Shown here piece by piece: positions 11,701-26,700 of a stretch of DNA of 64,000 nt; position 1 is the first letter of the stretch, and each line of letters opens with the position of its first letter. Made by a program: the position numbers and the translations under genes. The stretch is from Tubulanus polymorphus. Its lineage: Eukaryota > Animalia > Nemertea. Below the pieces are notes generated by a model, which saw nothing but the letters and a program-made list of their open reading frames with translations, made no database searches and had not been told where the DNA came from. Location: positions 30,724,150 to 30,788,149 of the forward strand of contig NC_134026.1 of assembly GCF_964204645.1 (NCBI RefSeq), read 5' to 3'.

Positions 11701-14700
11701 AATCATTCAGACCGGTTACAATAACAGTATCGAGTTTCTTTAAACAGGTTTGTCATCCATTAGAAACACAGTGAGAATATGTGTGTATTCTGATCGCTTC
11801 AATGAGTTGTCGATATATTTCAGGAAAGTGATAAATTAAGTGAAGAAGATTTGTACAAGTTTCTCGCAGATTTAAAGCGTCCGACATCGGTTCTTAAAAA
11901 GCTCAAATGCATCCCGGGTCAGTAATAAACCACGCATAGATTCTATTAGTCTATCAACATTTTCATTATCGCATTAAGTTTTCTGATATAATGATACAGT
12001 AATAAAACAGTAATTATATATTAACATAGAATCTTGTAATGATACAACAGGGAAAAATAGAAAATGTTAAAGCTTGTACTCTCGCCCACAGTCTTTATTG
12101 AGACGCTGATCTGATGTAATTGTAGGTATATTGAAGTTGGATATATCAGCAGCGGCAGAAAACCCGAAATACTGTTTAACTCCGGAGCTGTATAAAATTG
12201 ATCCGTATCCAAACGATGATAAAACACGACCGATTAAAGAAGTGATTGAGTTCGCGCCGCGTGAAGTTTACGAACCTTTCTCCACTTATAGGTATCTATA
12301 AACAGCAACGCTGAGCCCACAACACTATCCCTGATTCTCAGCCCTACAGCTATCTGAAGTTCCCTGATTCTCAACTCAGTCACAGCAGTCCCAATGTACC
12401 GAGTTCCCTGATACCTAGTAAAGTAGAGTCTATTGTATGTTGTTTTCTAATTCTATGGTTATATAATGTTTTAGGAATCTGTTTTATCTGTATCCCAAGT
12501 ACCTGAATTTTGCTAATCGCGCTGGATCAGCGAGGAACATCGCGGTGAAAGTACAATTCATGTGTGGTGAGGAGGAGCAGCACGCTATGAGGGTAAGTCA
12601 TTACAACGGATAATGCAATGATAGAACTATTCAGATATAGTAAATGATGATGTATTTGATTTCAGGTATTGTTCGGTAAATCAAGTTGTCCTGAATTCTG
12701 TAAAGAGTTGTACACACCTGTTCTCTACCATAACAAGTCAGTAATATACCGTATACAGCAAGTACAGTCAAACTCAGTGCAGTTGTTTCTCACATTACTG
12801 AAGTCATCTCTATTTTTTGGTCCCAATTTGTATTAACGCGTAAGCCATCATTTGGATAAGTCTGTAACATAGTGATTGAGTAACTTAAACGACTTGACCG
12901 AGTTTGATGATATTAAACAACGTCTTCTTAATGAAACTGTTATTTTCAACATCTATTAATTCATTATACAGGTCACCGGAATTCTATGAAGAAATGAAGA
13001 TTAAATTACCCGGATATTTAAACGACGGACATCACATACTGTTTACGTTTTATCACATCAGCTGTCAAAGAAAGATGGAAACCACGCCCACTGAACTCGT
13101 CATTGGCTACACCGTAAGTTCTACTTTTTGTAATTTCGAATTTGAATTGTCAATCAGAATATTCACGTTTCTAATCGTAGCATGTTTTCTACAGTGGTTA
13201 CCGGTGTTACAAGATGGCCGATTGTTCGTCGGTGAATTTACGTTACCGGTCTCGACGGAGAAACCACCTCCGAGTTATTCCGTCATTCATCCAGATCAGG
13301 TAAAACTACAATACAACTCTACAATAAACACTGTCAGTTCTGGGCGTATTATTCGCTATTGAGAGGTTTGAATTTTTGGCACCAATAATGAACATTATCA
13401 CAGTAAAAACATTAACAACTTTTGACTATGCTGCAGACAAACTGGCTCATGGACAGTTTGCTGTGTTCATTTAGTAGCAGAGAAAGTCTTCACTGTATAG
13501 AGGTGTTCATTGTTGAGAGGTTCCCTTATTTGGAAATAAATCAGAAGAGTTTGAAGTGAAAAGAGATGTTCAATCTTCCATTTACAGGTTGATAGTCATA
13601 GTATGAAGTGGGTTGATGGACGGAAGCCGATATTCACGGTATCAGTCGAGGCTGCATCCTCCATTCATACTCTAGATGTTAGCATCGATCGATTCTTATT
13701 ACTGTGTCACACAGCCGAGGAGTTTAAAGTTCCACCGCGACTCAGCGCTGAAACTTTCGAAGCCGAATTAAAGCTATCTATTAGTAACCTACTGCAGGCT
13801 GCAGGCGAACCACTCGTTCATTTCTTACATCTCATATTAGACAAGTTAATTCTGTTGATAGTCAGACCTCCTGTCATCGCCGGACAAGTCGGTGAGTTCT
13901 ACAATCATTTAGACGCACGAATTTATAATCAATAATCTATGATTAAACGAGATTCATTTTCATTTATTTCCAATAACATTTTCAATATAAGTTTCTAACA
14001 ATCTAGTAGCTTTTATATTCCGTCGAGAAACTTCTTTCAAATAGATAACGCATGTTTTCAAACGCATGAAATACGATTATATTTATTATTTGGAAATAGA
14101 TATCGTTGTAAGTATTTTAGTTATGTTATAATATCAATGCTGTTCTATCTGTTCTAAGGGCGTCTTCTAAAGAGTAAGTTTCACTAATTAACAACTTTTT
14201 ATTGATCACTATTGGTTACGGTGTCACTTCGCATCATGAAAAAATGTTCAATATTGCACAAATATCATGATACGTTACTTTTCATATGAATATTTCGAGA
14301 AGTTTAATGACGTCGTGATAGAGTGAAGTCGCCAACTCATTTTCTTTATTGCTTCGCTTATTTGTTATATACAGTTAAACCCACGATTAAGTCGTCATGG
14401 TTTCAGTCGTTTGTTACATTGACTGCTTACATTTGAATCACAAATACAAATCGCGACTCAAAAATAAAGATACCTTTTCTGATGTAACGACTTAACTGAT
14501 GACGATTTAACTGGGTTTGACTGGTTTATCTGAACCTTACAATCATTGAATACAAAATGCACACTTGTAGCATGGTGTATAAGCGTACTGGTATGCTTGT
14601 GTATATATGATTGGTATATTGTTCACATACAGTGTTTAAACACTGGATGATGCTCAGTTTTATGTATTATTAGGTATGCAGGGTTCTCGAGTAATGTTGT

Positions 14701-17700
14701 GGTTCAGGGTGTGTCTATCCATACGTTGCTTCTAGTGCAAACATCTCAATTATTATATCCCCAGAATGATGGAAGTCAGGGGAATGTTGATATGGTTTTG
14801 GCTCAATTGCGCCCTATACTATGAACGTATTTTATATAGAGCAATGGCGATGATATTTCATGAATTGATTAATTTCCAGGGTATAATTGATGAGATAACA
14901 AATAACTGTATAGCTATGTTTAATGAAAGGCAACGTTTCATTGTAAATAGTTGAGACTATTTCCAATCTTGATGAATATCATTAAGAGAAATCCACAATA
15001 TCATTTTAAACAACTGTTATTGTTTTGTTCATACATTTTGGGTAGAATCCTTCCAACCATCTTAAGAGTAAATTTGAAAGAAGAAATGTTGATACCAGAT
15101 CAGGGGCCAGTTCCATAGACAGGGCTTAGACTTAAGACCGGTCTAAGCCAAACTTATTTCTATAGCCAATCCAACAACTTAAGACCAGTCCTAAGGTTTC
15201 GGACCACTTTTGGTCTTAAGTCTTGACTATGGAACCGGCCCCTGGGTTTGGGAGGTAATTTTGCAGACGTCGGGGGATGTACTTTGTGTTTGTAAGTTAA
15301 ATGCTATGAATGAATGTTTATGTTTATTTGCAGTGAATGTCGGGCAGACGTGTTTTGAAGCGATGGCTGAAATCGTGCGTCGTTTAACAATTTTACTTGA
15401 CGAAAAAAACGATTGTCACAATCGCAACAACATTCTGATATCGTATATACAATACTGCGCGATATTACCGATTCCTGACATGTCGAGTACACGTAAGTCA
15501 AATATTACTACTTCACTGACCCTGACTCCTCATCCGGACCCTGTCTACACAGAAATCATGTTTTTATCTGTTTTTTTTGGCATCAATCGGTATCTTATTA
15601 ACTGCATGTCGTTTTGTTAAGTTCTCATGTTTAGACAGTTGTTTCATGTAATCAGCATGTTTCAAACGTTTCTGATTTTTTCAATAGATTCAACTTTAGC
15701 GAATATTTATTTCTGTGTAGATCAAATAATATCGGTCGAAATGATAAAGATATTTCTGTTTCTGAATGGAATTAATGATTCTTACTTCATCTTCCGACTT
15801 TGAATAACCAGGATAACAATCTCAAAAGCTTAGCTTCATATTTTTCTGATCATTTACTCTTTGCTTTTCGAAATGTATTCGGACTGAATTAACATGATTA
15901 GAATCTAAAAAAGTAATTCAATGGAAAAACTAGAAATCTGATTGATTTTGTTTAGTAGTGAATCAAGACGCTATTTTTATGTAATGTTTTTACTAATTCA
16001 AACCTTTTGCTTGTCTCATATTTAATTGAGTGTTGTGTGTCATTCTTGAAAGCCATTTATGATGTAGTTATTCATCAAAATTTTCCGAATTAATTTTCTA
16101 AAGATATTCAAATTATCTGGACCCGGTTCCAAAGTTTGACTCTTGAATAAGAATTAGTTCTGTAGTTTCGATGTTTTGATCGTGAAGTAAGGACGGTTGA
16201 TTAGACTAGAGTCAGAGAACTGTAGAACCGGGTCCTGCACGGACATGTTTACCAGACTCGTTGTATTTGGCTTTAGGATGGTTTAAGGTAGAAATTGTTT
16301 AGAGATAGCACTCGCCTGCTCACAGTTTACATTACATGTTTCAGCGACTTCCCCTTGCATGGTCGCGAGTCCATCTCCTGAGAGATTCGCTACGATCGGG
16401 CGGCCCAGCACGCTCGCTATCCCCAGACAGTTTCAACGTAGTAACAGTGACCCCGACCTTAGCAACAGCAATCCTGGTTCACCTGAAACGGATTATTCGG
16501 GATATATAGGTAATGGAGCACCAGTTAAACAGCCGTGTGCATCTGTGTATGTTAGTGTGTGGTGCTTTAACACATGAGTTGTGGCTTTTAACAACTACTG
16601 TACTCAGTCAGTTCTAATGCGTATTTATGTTCACTGTTTTTGATGTAATCTCTCAAGTTCAGTATCAATGAATCAGATCATTTACACAGTCGTGACTTAG
16701 ATCCAAGACCATCTCAGTTCTGTAGCGAATCTAACTCAACTTAAAACCAGTCTGATGCTTTTTAAGATCACTTTTGGACCTAATTCACGACTGTGCATCT
16801 GGGCTTTACTTTGACTTACTAAACCCGGTTTCAGTGTTATTGTCGGTTAAGATTGAAATTAATTCATTCCTTCAAATCTTTACCTGGGAGCTGTATACAT
16901 TCATTAATCAGTGAACATAATCTAAACAGTTTTTTCTCTCTCTGCAGACTTCGCTATCATCATATTATGCTTTTATCATTGCTTTATTTTATTTTCTCAG
17001 CTGAATGCCCGTGGAATATTACATGTAAATAGTAAAGTAAAATCCCTGTGTGCTGCTGTAGTCTAATTATTCCTGTTGTTTCCCTACAAATTATTTGGTT
17101 TCATTCGAACAAGTTTTAAACTGTTTCTGGAATGAGATGAATTACAGTAGATAGTTGTTCTTAGTTGCTCAGAAGTTGGTTTAAGTTAACTGGTGGATAG
17201 TTTGATGGTTGTGATTATAGTAATTGTACCGTAGTGTTTGTCCATCTGTTAACTCTAACCAATTTTTGAGCAATTGGCCTCTGATGTATAGATTAATGGA
17301 TTGATGTACAATTTTTAGTTGTGTAGAAATTGATTGAAGAACACAAAATATTATCAACTTATGCATCATTAGTGATTCTGTTATTAGCGATATCATCGTT
17401 TTCTAAGTGTCAACCTATCAATCATACTGGATTCAGTTTTACAGTTATCCATTAAGTTTGAATCTTGAAAATTATTTCCATATTCAACCCGAAGTTCTAA
17501 TCAGGAAACTGCGGAACTGGCTCCAGGTTCTTAATGTTGATTCTACCTCCTGTTTGCCGGGTACTAGCGTGAAATATTTCATCATATTTTGCGAATGTTT
17601 TCTAGCGAAAGCTGACAGATCTGGAAGTATGAGACAAACTCACGATCCTCTTTATATACCGAAAATTCATGGGAAAAAGGTTTGTTCGAAAATATGCGAG

Positions 17701-20700
17701 CGTGAAGAAATAATTATTGTGGTAGGATGATTATTATCTGTTGAATTATTTCAGTTGGTTCATGAAGAGATTGCGTTATTGTGGGTGATGTCGAATGGAA
17801 CTGCAAGACAACTTTCCCTCGAGAATGCCTGGTTTTTCTTTGAACTAATGGTAGGTCTCTCAACAACTGATATAACACTTTATGATAAAGTATGTAACAG
17901 GTTCAGGGGTGGATCTAAGGAGATTGTTTGGCCAGAGTCCAATAGAAAAGGAAGGGTATTAATCGGATAAGGCAGCCACGCTGAAGGCTGTCAAAATTTA
18001 AGGCAAAATACATCTGACTGATCATTTTCTGAGAGGATGAGTGACAAATTTGCAGATTATACCGATCTCTAAAAAGGGCAACTCCAATAAAAAGCAGCGG
18101 CCTGGACCTAGAAACTGCCTCCCTTTGATCCTCCCCTGAATTTCACTATTTGCTTTTCCAGACAAAAAGTATGGCAGAACATCTAGCACGAACTGATAAA
18201 CTTTACATGCCGAGAAAATGTCGATTTCCAACACGATTCATGGATGATATCACGAGTTTACTGACAATGATTACTAAAGATATCGTAGATCGCTATCTGA
18301 AAGTAAGAAGAAAAATCAAACCTAACTTGAAATTTGAAAATACTCTTGGATTATTGAGATAAATGATATTTCCTCCGTTGTTGTGATATTTTATAGGATG
18401 TAACGATGATAAAGAATCTCAACACGGCTTTAGCGTTCTTCGTCCAGGATTTATTCTCATTCGTTGATCGCGGTTACGTCTTTCAAGTTATCAAAGATTA
18501 TTATAGAACTGTAAGATCGAGTGTTATTTGAGATTCCCGTGAAAAGAAGAACTAACTCTCGCTCAAATCATGATTTTGTTTATTTTTAAAGCTATCCGCA
18601 AAGATTTTGACGCTCGGGGACGCTACACCTTTGATTCTCCTCAGACTCGACTTCATGAGGCTTGTTTGCAGTCATGAACACTACGTAGCGTTAAATCTAC
18701 CGATGTCATCACCTCTAGTCACGCCTTCTGCACCCGCTAGTCCTAGTCCTAGTCTTACGAGCATCGCTTCACAAATATCGTTCATGTCTACTACAACGAC
18801 CTGTGGCACCGTCAACAAAGCGCTATTCGCCGAGTTATCAAATGAATTCAGACAACAACATTTCCTCGTCGGTTTGATTCTCAGTGATCTCGCAAACGCA
18901 CTAGAAACAAAGTAAGTTTCAATCCCTGCAAATTGTCGATTGTCAGGAAATGATTCATCGATGCTATCAGATGATTTACACAAAAGCTATTTTCCATTTT
19001 CCGCTTAAAAAGAACCAAAATGTAAAACGTGTGACAAAGAAACTGTTAAAAGTATGTGTCGGCAGAGAGTGACAACAATCTCTTAAAGCTATAACTAAAA
19101 TCCTTTTCTCCAATGTAATTTTATATCCTGTTTCAACAGATTAAAATCAAAGTACACGTTTACATTTACCGGTTTATGTATAGGAGGATTTTCTTAATGA
19201 AAGGGATTAAAATTTTGGTTTTATTCGTGCAGAAATGAAAAACTTTGCTTTAGCCATGAGACTAGTAGAATTCATTGAGAATGAAGCTGTTTGAAGCTGT
19301 AATGTCACTGTATCTATTTCAGCGTTTCAAACATTCACAATAAAGCAGTGAATGTTATTCGTAATATGGTGTCTTCGCATGACTCTGATAAACGTTATAA
19401 AGATCCAGCGTGTCGGGCTCGAGTCGCCTCGCTCTATCTACCGCTCATCGGAATCGTAGTCGATGCTTTACCGCAATTGTTCGATCCAACGATCGATTTA
19501 AAACCGCGAATTTCACAAGCGATCGACGAGGATGGAGGTATTAATAAGAGTGTAGCGATGGCTATAGCTGGTTATGGAGTTGGAGGAGGCAGTGACATCA
19601 GAGTGGACCCTTGCAGTGATTGTCAAAAGGTATTTCTGATTCTGCTGGACCTTGTTAAAATTTGACTCTTGGCAGGGTGGCTGCTGATATAGAAAACCTG
19701 GAAAACTCAGGGAATCAGAAAATCTAGAAATCAGGGAAAATTCTCTGGGAATTTTGGACATTTTGGGAAAAACAAACTGGAAAACTCAGGCATTATGGAG
19801 CTTAGAACCAGGCAATTCTTTATCAATCTGTGTTCATGGAAAATATTAAATTGTAATATTGTAAACAAAAAAATGTCTCCATTTACCTACAGCAGATTCA
19901 ATCTCTCTCTTTCTCTTCAAGTTTAAAATAATCCAGGAACTTTGGGTCTTTGTCCTCAGATTCTTAGAGTCTGTCTGTGACTCCATTAATACTGATTATT
20001 TACATTTTACAGCCTAAAAGAAGCTCTTTGAACCAAGAAGACACACGCAATTTACTGATCAGTTTTATCTGGGTGCTGAAGAACGTCGATCAAAGAGTTT
20101 TGCTTCACTGGTGGGCCGAGATGGAACCGAGTAAATTACATCAGATTCTTGAGATTTTGTTCTTGTGCGTCTCAAACTTCGAATACAAGGTTTGTTTCAA
20201 TCTCTGCCAGAGAAAGAACCCGTAAACATATCACAAACAAACACCCAAAAACAGCATGACAAAAACTCTCAGTTTATTCAGTTCTGAATGCATGTGTATT
20301 TACTGTCTATTGACTACATGTATTAATACACATTATATCATCATCTCATATACAAATTAATAAATACATAGAAATAAATCCCTGATGTCAGCTCGATTAT
20401 TATTGAATATATCTATAGGTGATGACTCTTCATGATCTTCATGATAAAATGCTAAGTTTCATGGTAGGTTTTTTTTTGGTAAACTATACAATATACGTAA
20501 TGCTTATTTCTATTACACTAATTCTTAGAAAACTTATTAAAAACTATCCACTGGGCATCGAACACTTTATTTCAGGGAACATTGTCAACAATTTTATCTA
20601 ATGTCTATAGACACTGCTTGGTATCAGTTATTTGTCGATTTAAGAATATTTTAAAGCACTATTCAATCTTTTATGCATTCATTACTGAGATCGTCCAAAC

Positions 20701-23700
20701 TTTCTGCTTGTCTAAAGTAGTTTGATCATCTATGATATATTCTTCACTTCAACGTTTTATTCAAATTTACCTCATTATGAATCATATCTAACTGTCGAAC
20801 TGTTTAGTAATTCTGCATATTTTCAGTAGCTTGACGAATCATTAATTAAGTCGTTTTTGATATTCGTGTTTGTGAAGAGAAAGTTTGTTAAACATGTATT
20901 TGTTTTGTCTACGTTCGATCGGGAATAATTCTAGTTCATGAATCTGCTGCTATCGTGACTGATAATGTATGTTTGTATATATGTAATGTAGGGAGTGCGA
21001 AAAAACAAACAAATTCCGTTGCAAGTGTTGCGTAATATGTCCGTCGATGAGATCATGTTACCAGCCGATCGTCGGTCAGGACGAATGATCAATCGTTCTT
21101 GGTCGTCTAATTCATTACGCGAGGAGTATATGGTTCCGTGGTACACGGTTAGTATGGATTGTTACACTACTAACTCCATACTCAAGTTTGCTTCAATAAT
21201 ATCCATGGCTGTTCGTCTATTATCGTATCCTACTGGTATTCACTTACTACTTACTACTACAACTGAATGATTTGTAATCGTGTGCATTAAATCGTGGTTT
21301 TGTTGTTAGCAGGAGGAATAAAGTAATAACAATCACTAATATATACCCGTGTATTGCTCACTTGACAAAAAATACCACAATTTGTAAAACTATGCTGTTT
21401 TAATCGGTCATTTTTAACTCCAACTTGTGGGATTTTTAAACATAAACTCAACAGACGTTCATCGTACACATCTCATCTCACATAATATATAAACAGTCAT
21501 TTCATTGATTATACAGATATAACGACGTATATATTCAACCATAATATCTTACTGTCTGTAGATTTAGAGTTAGCATCTGTAATATATGATATAAAACTCC
21601 GGATAAACTTTCATCTTCATTTTAAAACATCGTTGATAGTTGAGGCTACTGTAGTTTCTGTCACACGGACGGTTTATGAAATCAAATCTTGGTTTGTGCG
21701 TTTTATGAGTTTGTTAGAATGAGGAATTCTCACATCGTATTCAATGTTTTCTACTAATTTTATGGATGTGTGAATGAATGATGCTGTTTTACTCAGATCA
21801 TCTGCACGAACCTGAAATATTTAATCAAATGATTATCAGGATCCAGTTCTACAGTTCTGGGTTAAGTTCGATTCTTTGAGTTTAGATAAGTTAGAGTAGG
21901 AGTCAAATTTTATCGCAGAACTGCGGAACTGGGTGCAGAATGTTTTCTTAGAATTTGTATCTAATGAAATGCGTGAAGTTTAATTCATCGTTCTGTTGCT
22001 GATAAATATTCTAAAGATGAATCGCTGATCCAGTGAACTGACACATTCTAACATCGTGTTATTGCAGGCTAACAAGAAAACTCAGAAGCAATATTCAATA
22101 CAGACGATCAAAAAGAGCACGGATATGAAAAACAGATTGGAAGAAGCTATAATGGGAACTGGAAGTGCTCGAAGTCAAATGATGGCTAGGACTAAATCAT
22201 CAAGTTCTCAATCGCAGTTCTACGGTATCAAAACTTTCCCAAAACTTTTCATTTGCCGTTTGAGTAATTTCACTAACAGGACCTACGTACTCCGATTTCA
22301 GATCAGAATCCACCCTCCCCGAATATAGATTCAAACCGACTACGCTGGAGGAAGGAACAGACGCAGTGGAGACAGTCGGATCAATCCGGTGCTGAGCAGA
22401 TGCCGAAACCTGAAATAGTTATTGATCGTCACGTCGAGGGGAACCTCTCGACTGAAGTGAACATGATCACTTTAGACATCCTCGATCTAGTTATACAGGT
22501 TAATATAGCTACATAAATCACCAATAGTATGAAGATTAGAACAACGAAAATCTGTTTGAAATTCACAACAGATAAATCTATGAAAATAGATAGAATTAGA
22601 AATCTATCTAAAACTTCAGATTCACAGATTTTCTTTCTTAAGTCTTCAAAATGTTGGTGTTTTATGTATCTTCATAGAACTTTGTCTAAATTGATTTCGT
22701 GGTTAATGTCTATTTCATTTCAAACACACGAACGTTTGGAGCCATACATCGATTAATGTTTGGAATGAAATAGATTCATCTCTGATTTCCAAGAATAATT
22801 GATAATTTGAGAAATGTTTTTTGTTTTGTTTATAGATCGTACAGAATAACGAACTGATCCAAACTCTATTGAACAGCGTTTTGCGAGTGATGCTTCATAG
22901 TCTGTCTCTGAATCAAAGTTCTACCGTTTTACAGCACATGTTCGCATTACAGCGATCGCTTGTATCAAAGGTACAACTTCTGTTCCATAATTTCCTAAAA
23001 TCGTTCCATTCCCAGTTGATGGTCTGTTCGTGAATCAATGATTGTTTCTTGTTTCTAGTTTCCCGAGTTACTGTTTGAAGATGAAACGGAACAATGCGCT
23101 GATTTATGTTTACGTCTGTTGAAGCACTGTAGTTCTAGTATATCAAACACACGTTCACAAGCGAGCGCTTCTCTCTATTTACTCATGAGACAGAACTTTG
23201 AAATTGGAAATGTAAGTATCAGCAGAGCATCATCAGAGGTCTTATACACCTCTACGTATTTATTATTTATTCAGGATGTTTGATGTTTATAATAATTTAG
23301 CAGTTACGAGGAGTTCTTCTCACAAAATGACAGCTTAGTACTAGTATGACAGTTTGATAGATAATTGAACTAGTCTGTCATGGAGGGTCCCCTCTCTCCT
23401 CCCTCTCTCATCTCTCCTCTCTCTTTTTCCCTCCTGTCTCATCTCTCCTCTCTATTTTCCCTCCTCTCTCATCTCTCCTTCCTCCTCTCTCTCATCTCTC
23501 CTCTCTCTTTTTCCCTCCGGTCTCATCTCTCCCTCTATTTTCCCTCCTCTCTCTTCTCTCTGCTCTCTTCTCATTGTTGTGTTGTTGGTTTCAGAATTTT
23601 GCTCGGGTGAAAATGCAAGTTACGATGTCGCTAAGTCGCCTCGTCGGAAAAAACCAGAAAAACTTCAATGAAGAATATTTGAGGAAATCGTTGAAAACAA

Positions 23701-26700
23701 TGTTGACCTACGCAGAAGAGGACATCGAATTACAAGATACATCATTCCCAGAACAGGTGCCGTTCATGTGTTTATAATACTAAATAATAATAATGATAAT
23801 TTATTAAGCCTGAATTCCATAAAAAAACAATATGCTCATCGGCTTTACATAACGAAAGATTAGACATCAGCATTCAGTTAAAAGCAGTAAGAAACAAATA
23901 CGTTTTAAGACAATTTTTAAAAGCATTAAGAGAATCACACCTTTTAACATTGATGGGTAGTTGGTATATAGAATGTTACACGATTTTATGAAAATTCTAA
24001 TTGATTCAATTTGTTTCGTTTCAAAAGGTGAAAGATCTGATATTCAACTTACATATGATTCTATCGGATACAGTGAAAATGAAGGAATATATGGAAGATC
24101 CGGAGATGTTGTTAGATCTGATGTATCGTATCGCGAAAGGTTATCAGAATAGTCCCGATTTACGGTTGACGTGGTTACAAAATATGGCTGGTAAACATAG
24201 CGAGGTCTGTTTTAAACTCTCGATACTCTCCACTATTAGCGCGTCATCAGTATATGTTTTATTTTGACTCAATAAACTCTCGTTTACAGAAAGGTAATCA
24301 CGCAGAAGCTGCGCAGTGTTTGATACACGCTGCTGGACTCGTCGCTGAGTATCTGAACATGCTAGAAGATCGGCCGTATCTACCTGTCGGATGCGTCGCC
24401 TTTCAGAAAGTATCGTCTAATGTATTAGAGGAAAGCGCCGTCTCGGATGATGTCGTTTCTCCCGATGGGGAAGGTATTTGTACTGGAAAGTATTTCACGG
24501 AAAGTGGATTGATTGGTTTGATGGAACAAGCCGCTAGTTCTCTCAGTATGGTCAGTATTATTACTCGATATTCATTAATGCTTAAAAGAGGCTCGAATAA
24601 TTGTGAATATTCTCCTATGTTCGTTTGTTTCAGGCGACTCAATACGAAGCTATGAATCAGGTTTATAAAGTATTGATTCCGATTCACGAATCGAATCATG
24701 ATTTTAAACGATTATCGATCATTCATGGTAAACTACTCGACGCGTTTAATCAGATTATTAAACAGGTAGAATATAAATAGGGTCCAGTTTCACGAAAAAG
24801 TTTCTAAGCTTAAAACGGTTCAGTTTGAATTGTTCTCCTTATTGCAAGCATGAAGTAACCAAAAGCAATTACACCAAAAAGTTGACCTTTTTGTGAAACT
24901 GGGCCCTGGGCAGGTTACTAACATTTCTTGTAAACTATTTATGTCAATTTGCAATTGTAGGATTTTTATTTTTTTCCTACATCTTATTGTTGATCATTCA
25001 AAATGCAATCTCTACAATGATAAAAATCATCATTTGAGTGGTCAGTAATCTTTGAAGAGAGTTTGATTTTGAATAATTTTCAGGAAGGGAAACGAATGTT
25101 TGGAACGTATTTTCGTGTAGGATTGTACGGAACTAAGTTTGGAGATTTAGACGGAGAGGAATTCATTTATAAAGAACCGTCGATCACAAAACTCGTTGAA
25201 ATATCTCACAGATTAGAGGTCAGTTTTGTAAAGGTTTAATGTATACAGTAGTGATTCTAGATCCGATAATCTTACTTCATATCGTTTTTGATAATAATTT
25301 CTAGGGATTTTATGGTGAAAAATTCGGCGCCGATAAATTAGTGATGATCAAAGACTCGAATAATGTGGAACGTGAAAAACTCGACGCAAACAAGGTATAA
25401 TCAATAGTCTTTCATTAAACACTTTACGGTAAAACCAGTGAAACCTCCCATAACAAACACTTCTCCACAACCAATACGTCCATTGAATGAACCTTTAACT
25501 CTGAACTAGAATTATACATTTGATTTTCAATCAAGAGAACCTGTCTACAATGAACACCTCTTCATTTTCCCGGAATCAGGTATTCGTTGTAGAGAGGTTT
25601 TACTATACAGCGAATCACTTGTTATTGATATGAATATCTTTACAGAACTACATCCAGATTACTTATGTAGAGCCATATTTCGACACATCTGAACTTCGCG
25701 AAAGGACGACGTACTTTGACAAGAACTACAACATAAGTAATTCATCTATAATACATTGATAGTTCAGTCTCATGAGGAGAGAATCCCACAATGATAATAA
25801 AAAGTCCGAAAATGAAACTTCGAGATAGTAGTTTATTTCAACGTTTCGACTATATCCTAATAGTCATCTTCAGGAATAATGATTAATCATGAATAATTTC
25901 ATTCTTCATGAATTTTTTATTATCATTGTGGGATTCTCTCCTCATCGCGTCAACACGGATATAGTGTTCTACCAATCGAGTTCAGTCTCATTAATCTGTG
26001 TTTTAATTCGAAAATGATTTTGTGTATTTATTTGTATAGAACGTTTTATGTACGCTACACCATTTACACTGGATGGAAGAGCTCATGGAGAACTACATGA
26101 ACAACACAAACGTAAAACTCTACTGACTACATGTAACGCTTTCCCTTACGTTAAAACAAGACTGGCCGTTATCGCCAAAGAACAGGTGCGTATTGATTTT
26201 GTAGAACCCGTATTCTATTGATTAGGATTCAGTTTCTTGTAAAAGTTAATGTTAAAAACGGTTAAGTTTGAATATTGTTTTCCTCATTGAGAACATGAAA
26301 TAACCGATAAGAACTAAAGCAAAAATTTCGGTTGCACTTTTTTGTGAAACTGGACCCTGGAATCCTGGCTGATGTTGTTGTATTCGATAATTCAGATAAT
26401 TCTGACTCCGATTGAAGTTGCTATTGAAGACGTTATGAAGAAAACTCGTGAACTAGCGATTGCTCTCGCTCAAGAACCTCCTGATCCAAAAATGTTGCAG
26501 ATGGTTTTACAAGGCTGTATTGGAACCACCGTCAACCAGGTTCGTCTTGCATTCATAGCTGATAATCTAAAATTTTGATCTTCAATCGACAAAATCTGAA
26601 GTTTTTTTTTTTCACATTTCAGGGTCCGATAGAAGTAGCTCAGATCTTTCTCAGTGATATGGCCGAAGGACGAGTTGCACCGACTAAACATCACAATAAA

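Noticed and set aside
23380-23610. Leu/Ser-rich ORF resembling a membrane protein
   Set aside because: It is the translation of an intronic CT-rich tract.
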